Shown piece after piece: positions 58,965 to 64,000 of a stretch of DNA of 64,000 nucleotides. Location: assembly GCA_030390025.1 (NCBI GenBank), contig CM059431.1:107820001-107884000 (forward strand), in the 5' to 3' direction. The notes beneath the pieces are model-generated. The model saw only the letters and a list, made by a program, of their open reading frames with translations, ran no database searches and was not told where the DNA came from. This DNA is from Squalus acanthias (lineage: Eukaryota). The first letter of the stretch is position 1, and each line of letters starts with the position of its first letter. The position numbers were made by a program, and so were the translations under genes.

Positions 58965-61740
58965 CCATCATATTATGATCACTGCTCCCCAGAGGCTCCT
59001 TTACTACAAGATTATTAATTAACCCTGTCTCATTGCACAATACTGGATCTAAAATAACAAATTCCCTAGTAGGTTCCTCGACATACTGATCCAGAAAACT
59101 ATCTTGAATGCATTCCATGAACTCTTCCTCTGCACTATTACTGCAAGTTTGGTTTGCCCAGTCTATATGAAAGTTAAAGTCCCCCATGATTACTGTATTG
59201 CACCTATTACATGCATCTCTAATTTCCTGATTTATACACTGCCCGACACAACAACTATTGTTAGGGGCCCTATAAACTACTCCCACTAATGTTTTCTGCC
59301 CCTTGTTGTTTCTTAGCTCCACCCAAACTAATTCTACATTTTGTTTTTCTGAGCCAAGATCCTTTCTCTCTATTGTCTTTATCCCCTCCTTTATTATCAG
59401 GGCTACCCGCCTCCCTCCTTTTCCATTCTGCCTGTCTCTTCTAAAAGTCAAATATCCTGGAATATTTAGTTCCCAACCTTGGTCACTCTGCAACTATGTC
59501 TCTGTAATGGCTATTAAATCAAACCCATTTATTTCTATCTGCGCCATTCATTCATCCATTTTGTTGTGAATGCTGCGTGCATTCAGATATAGTACTTTTA
59601 GCTTTAACTTTTTTCTATTTTTCCCTGTTGTCACTTTAGTCACTGGTGCACTATTACCTTTATTAATCTCTCTGTCCCTTCCTGACCCACTCTGCTTATC
59701 TTTACCCAGATCACTACTCTGCTCTACAGCCTTGACATTTTTCTTACTGCTTTTGAATTTACCCTTTCCTGAATCTTCCCACCCCCCCTTCATTAGTTTA
59801 AAACTTTATCTACCACCCTAGTTATTCAATTCTCCAGGACACTGGTCCCAGCCTGGTTTAAGTGGAGCCCATCCTAACAGAACAGCTCCCTCTTTCCCCA
59901 GTACTGATGCCAGTGTCCCATGAATCGAAACCCCTTTGTTCCACACCACTCTTTGAGCCACGCATTTAACTCTCTGATCTGTCTGTCCCTATGCCAATTT
60001 GCATGTGGCTCAGGTTACAATCCAGAGATTAATGGGCCGAAAATTGATCCCGGGACGCGAGAGTACGCACTGCGTACTCTCGCGTATTCCCACTCCAATT
60101 GCCGGTTTTCTGCATGCCCTGCGCATGCGCTGAAAACCGGCAATTGCTCTTCTGAAAAGGGGGCGGGTCCTCGGTGCATCGCGTGCGCGCTACAGGCTGC
60201 GCGCACGCTGTGCACTTCATGCTTTGGACGCGCAGGTAAGTACGGAAGATTTTGGAAATGTAAAAAGGAGCAGTAAGACCCACTTTTAAGAAGGTAAGTA
60301 GTGAATTAAGTATTTTTTTGAATTTTTTTTAACAGGTATATCTTTTTTAGAGACTTTAAAGACAGGTAAGTTTATTTTTATAACTTTTTAAAAGATTTTA
60401 AATTTTTTCAAAAATTTAATTTTTTATTTAAAATGGTTAATTTAATTAACTATACTTATTTTATTAATGTGATGGGTTTTTTTTAAATTTAATTGAGGTT
60501 TAGCTGTTATTTTGGGGGGGTGTAAGATTCATAGATTTCACAGCCGTGCTGTGAAACTTATGAATGGAAGATGGTGTGCTGCCATTGGCTCTAACTGAGT
60601 CACGTGATCCCACAGCTCGCACGAATTCACTATGCCGCTGGGATACGCAAGCACTGCCCAGCTGATCTCTAGAACATGAAGTTCGTGCGAGCTGGATTTG
60701 AAAAAGCACAAGCGAGGTGAGAGATCGCGGGAAAGCCTTACCCCCGCGGGAACAGAGCGAGATCAATTTCTGGGCCATTACCTTTGAGGTTCTGCTTTTT
60801 AATTTGGATGCTAGCTGCTCAAACTCCCTCAGCAGAACCTCATTCCTAGTTCTACCTATGTCGTTGGTTCCTACATGGACAACGACCACTGGATCCTCCC
60901 CCTCCCACTCCAAGTTCTGTTCCAGCCATGACGAGATTTCCTTAACCCTGGCACCGGGGCAGGCAACACAACCTTCGGAACTCCTGGTCACGGCTGCAGA
61001 GAACAGTATCTATTCCCCTGACTGTACTGTCCCCTACCACAGCTACATTCCTTTTCACTCCTCCCACTTGAATGGCCTCCTGCACCATGGTCAGTTTGCT
61101 CATCCACCCTGCAGTCCTTGTTCTCATCCACACAGGTAGCAAGTACTTCATACCTATTGGTCCAAGACAAGGGCTGAGGCTCCTCCATCACCACATCCTG
61201 GGTCCCCATACCTTCCTGACTCGCGGTCACAAGCTCCTGTCCCTGACCATTGACAAACTCTAAAGTACTACGTAACCTAAGGGGTGTGACTGCCTCCTGG
61301 AACAAAGTGTCCAGGTAACTCTCCCCCCTCCCTGATGCCCCGCAATGTCTGCACCTCGTACTCCAGCTCAACAACTCTGAGCCGAAGTTCCTCGAGCTGC
61401 AGACACTTACCGCAGATGTGGTTGCTCGGGATCGCGATGCTCCCCACAAACTCCCACATGCTGCAGTGATGGCACACCGCCTGCCCTGCCTATCTAACCT
61501 TCTTTATTTTTTTGATTGGTTAATCAATAATTTTTTTCTCAATTATTTTAGTTATTTTACTTAATTGGTTTATCTAGTTTTAATTACTAATGTGATAAAG
61601 TAAAGTTATAGCAATTTACAGTTTCTTAGCTAGCTTAGAGACTAAAAAAACTGTAATACTCAGCAACCAATCACCTACATGCTGTCCTGTGATGTCACTC
61701 CTTGATTTTTCTGTTCTCGCGCTCTTTATTGCGTTGATCC
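58965..61740 (-). mobile_element. CR1 LINE 5' half (5' UTR, ORF1, endonuclease)
   Basis: CHHCSMWE..HICGKC; GDSTVRG; VHVGTND; YLNARSI; VYRAP; GDFN; SDH; homologous to 11937-13830. Confidence 0.92.
60034..60776. mobile_element. Harbinger MITE inserted in CR1 ORF1
   Basis: TIRs GGGCCGAAAATT / AATTTCTGGGCC; flanks AAT/ATT; inverse copy of the 25243-26005 family. Confidence 0.88.
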
Positions 61741-61742
61741 AG

Positions 61743-63365
61743 CCCCTCTCGCTGCCCCTCTCGCTGTTCCTCTCGCTGCCCCTCTCACGCTCCTCTCGTC
61801 CCTCCTCTCGCTGCCCCTCTCGCTGCCCCTCTCGCTGTTCCTCTCGCTGCCCCTCTCACGCTCCTCTCGTCCCTCCTCTCGCTGCCCCTCTCGCTGTTCC
61901 TCTCGCTGCCCCTCTCGCTGTTCCTCTCGCTGCCCCTCTCGCTGCCCCTCTCGCGCTCCTCTCGCGCTCCTCTCGCGCTCCTCTCGCGCTCCTCTGGCTG
62001 CCCCTCTCGCTGCCCCTCTCGCTGCTCCTCTCGCGCTCCTCTCGCGCTCCTCTTGCTGCCCCTCTCGCTGCTCCTCTCGCTGCCCCTCTCGCTGCTCCTC
62101 TCGCTGCCCCTCTCGCTGCTCCTCTCGCTGCCCCTCTCGCGCTCCTCTCGCTGCCCCTCTCGCTGCCCCTCTCGCTGCCCCTCTCGCTGCCCCCTCTCGC
62201 TGCCCCTCTCGCTGCCCCTCTCGCTGCCCCCTCGCTGCTCCTCTCGCTGCCCCCTCTCGCTGCCCCTCTCGCTGCCCCCTCGCTGCTCCTCTCGCTGCCC
62301 CTCTCGCTGCCCCTCTCGCTGCCCCTCTCGCTGCCCCTCTCGCTGCCCCCTCTCGCTGCTCCTCTCGCTGCCCCTCTCGCCGCTCCTCTCGCTGCTCCTC
62401 TCGCTGCCCCTCTCGCTGCTCCTCTCGCTGCCCCTCTCGCTGCCCCTCTCGCTGCCCCTCTCGCTGCCCCTCTCGCTGCCCCCTCGCTGCTCCTCTCGCT
62501 GCCCCCTCTCGCTGCCCCTCTCGCTGCCCCCTCGCTGCTCCTCTCGCTGCCCCTCTCGCTGCCCCTCTCGCTGCCCCTCTCGCTGCCCCTCTCGCTGCCC
62601 CCTCTCGCTGCTCCTCTCGCTGCCCCTCTCGCCGCTCCTCTCGCTGCTCCTCTCGCTGCCCCTCTCGCTGCTCCTCTCGCTGCCCCTCTCGCTGCTCCTC
62701 TCGCTGCTCCTCTCGCTGCCCCTCTCGCTGCTCCTCTCGCTGCTCCTCTCGCTGCCCCTCTCGCTGCTCCTCTCGCTGCCCCTCTCGCTGCTCCTCTCGC
62801 TGCTCCTCTCGCTGCCCCTCTCGCTGCTCCTCTCGCTGCTCCTCTCGCGCTCCTCTCGCTGCCCCTCTCGCTGCTCCTCTCGCTGCTCCTCTCGCTGCCC
62901 CTCTCGCTGCTCCTCTCGCTGCCCCTCTCGCTGCCCCTCTCGCTGCCCCCTCTCGCTGCCCCTCTCGCTGCCCCCTCGCTGCTCCTCTCGCTGCCCCTCT
63001 CGCTGCCCCTCTCGCTGCTCCTCTCGCTGCCCCTCTCGCTGCCCCCTCTCGCTGCCCCTCTCGCTGCCCCTCTCGCTGCTCCTCTCGCTGCCCCTCTCGC
63101 TGCCCCTCTCGCTGCTCCTCTCGCTGCCCCTCTCGCCGCCCCTCTCGCCGCCCCTCTCGCCGCTCCTCTCGCCACTGCTCTCACTGCCCCTCTCGCTGCC
63201 CCTCTCGCTGCTCCTCTCGCTGCCCCTCTCGCTGCCCCTCTCGCTGCTCCTCTCGCTGCCCCTCTCGCTGCCCCTCTCGCTGCCCCTCTCGCTGCCCCCT
63301 CTCGCTGCCCCTCTCGCTGCTCCTCTCGCTGCTCCTCTCGCTGCTCCTCTCGCTGCTCCTCTTGC
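61743..63365. repeat. 12-bp minisatellite (CYCCTCTCGCTG)n, about 1.6 kb
   Basis: Directly visible unit with 10- and 13-bp variants. Confidence 0.97.
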
Positions 63366-63517
63366 CACTGCTCTCACGCTCATTATAGCGCCGCTGATCC
63401 TGCTCCACTCACTGTTCCTCTCGCCACTGCTCTCGCGCTCTCCACCTCTCTCTCCTCCTTTAAGACGCTCCTTAAAACCTACCTCTTTGACCAATCTTTT
63501 AGTCACCTGTCTTAATT

Positions 63518-64000
63518 GGCCCAGAAATTCAGGTCGGAGGCTTCCCGCGGGTGCAAGCCCCCGACCTGCACTTACATAGCGTGCCTGCCGTTGTGCTGTG
63601 GGCCCGCGTGGGATTCCGATCCTGGGCCTCCTCCAGCTGCCGGTGTGCAGTGCTCGCATATCCCAGCGGCGCAGTTAGTTCGAAGCGTCCCCTGTGATCA
63701 CGTGGGCCATGGGGAGCCAATCGGAGCAGGGAATCGCCATTCATAGATTTGACAAAAGTGAGAAGTCGCACAACACCAGGTTATAGTCCAACAGTTTTAT
63801 TTGAAATCACAAGCTTTCGGAGCGGCTGCTCCTTCGTCAGGTGAAGTGAAGAAATATTGGTAAAGTAAAATAATAAACCTGTGGAAAAAATGTTTTAATT
63901 TTACTTAATTCACCACTTACCTTGTTAAAAGCAGGCCTTGCGCCTGCTTTTTCCCCCGCGCAGCTGCTAGGGACTTACCCGCACGGAGAAACCTGTAAAA
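63518..64000. mobile_element. Harbinger MITE running off the window, containing a PLE 3'-end insert
   Basis: Starts GGCCCAGAAATT; similar to the 27898 and 34020 families. Confidence 0.8.
63807..63844 (-). ncRNA. Solo PLE-type minimal hammerhead ribozyme
   Basis: Minus strand UCAC CUGACGA A GGAGC-AGCC-GCUCC GAAA GCUU GUGA, followed by AATAAA and the same 3' sequence as 1282-1322. Confidence 0.86.

Larger units (their letters stand above)
56586..58965 (+). mobile_element. Harbinger transposon left half, truncated at a CR1
   Basis: Left TIR GGGGGAGAAATT; transposase and Myb 3' end closely similar to 37419-39630. Confidence 0.9.

Noticed and set aside
61689..63659. ORFs of 442-624 aa (LAAP, SERG, GAAR repeats)
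   Set aside because: They arise from a stop-free 12-bp minisatellite open on both strands; there is no coding evidence.

Overview
Eukaryotic (vertebrate) DNA, very probably a shark or other elasmobranch, judged by an HE1-type V-SINE, a SacSINE1/Deu-type SINE and abundant CR1 and L2 LINEs. Most of the window is nested transposable elements. Main contents: (1) a Penelope-like retroelement with an open RT + GIY-YIG ORF and a 3' minimal hammerhead ribozyme, plus a second solo hammerhead near the window end whose stem I covaries with the first; (2) a dense set of PIF/Harbinger DNA transposons: one full-length copy with an intact DDE transposase and a convergent three-exon Myb/SANT gene, five degraded copies and at least eight MITE-like derivatives; (3) one full-length and many truncated CR1 LINEs, with both 5'-intact copies preceded by tandem arrays; (4) a decayed LTR-type gag relic; (5) three candidate minus-strand host exons that splice in frame, suggesting the window is mostly intronic. 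No rRNA, true tRNA gene or CRISPR array is seen. Boundaries of old repeats are approximate, and family names come from motif recognition, not database searches.
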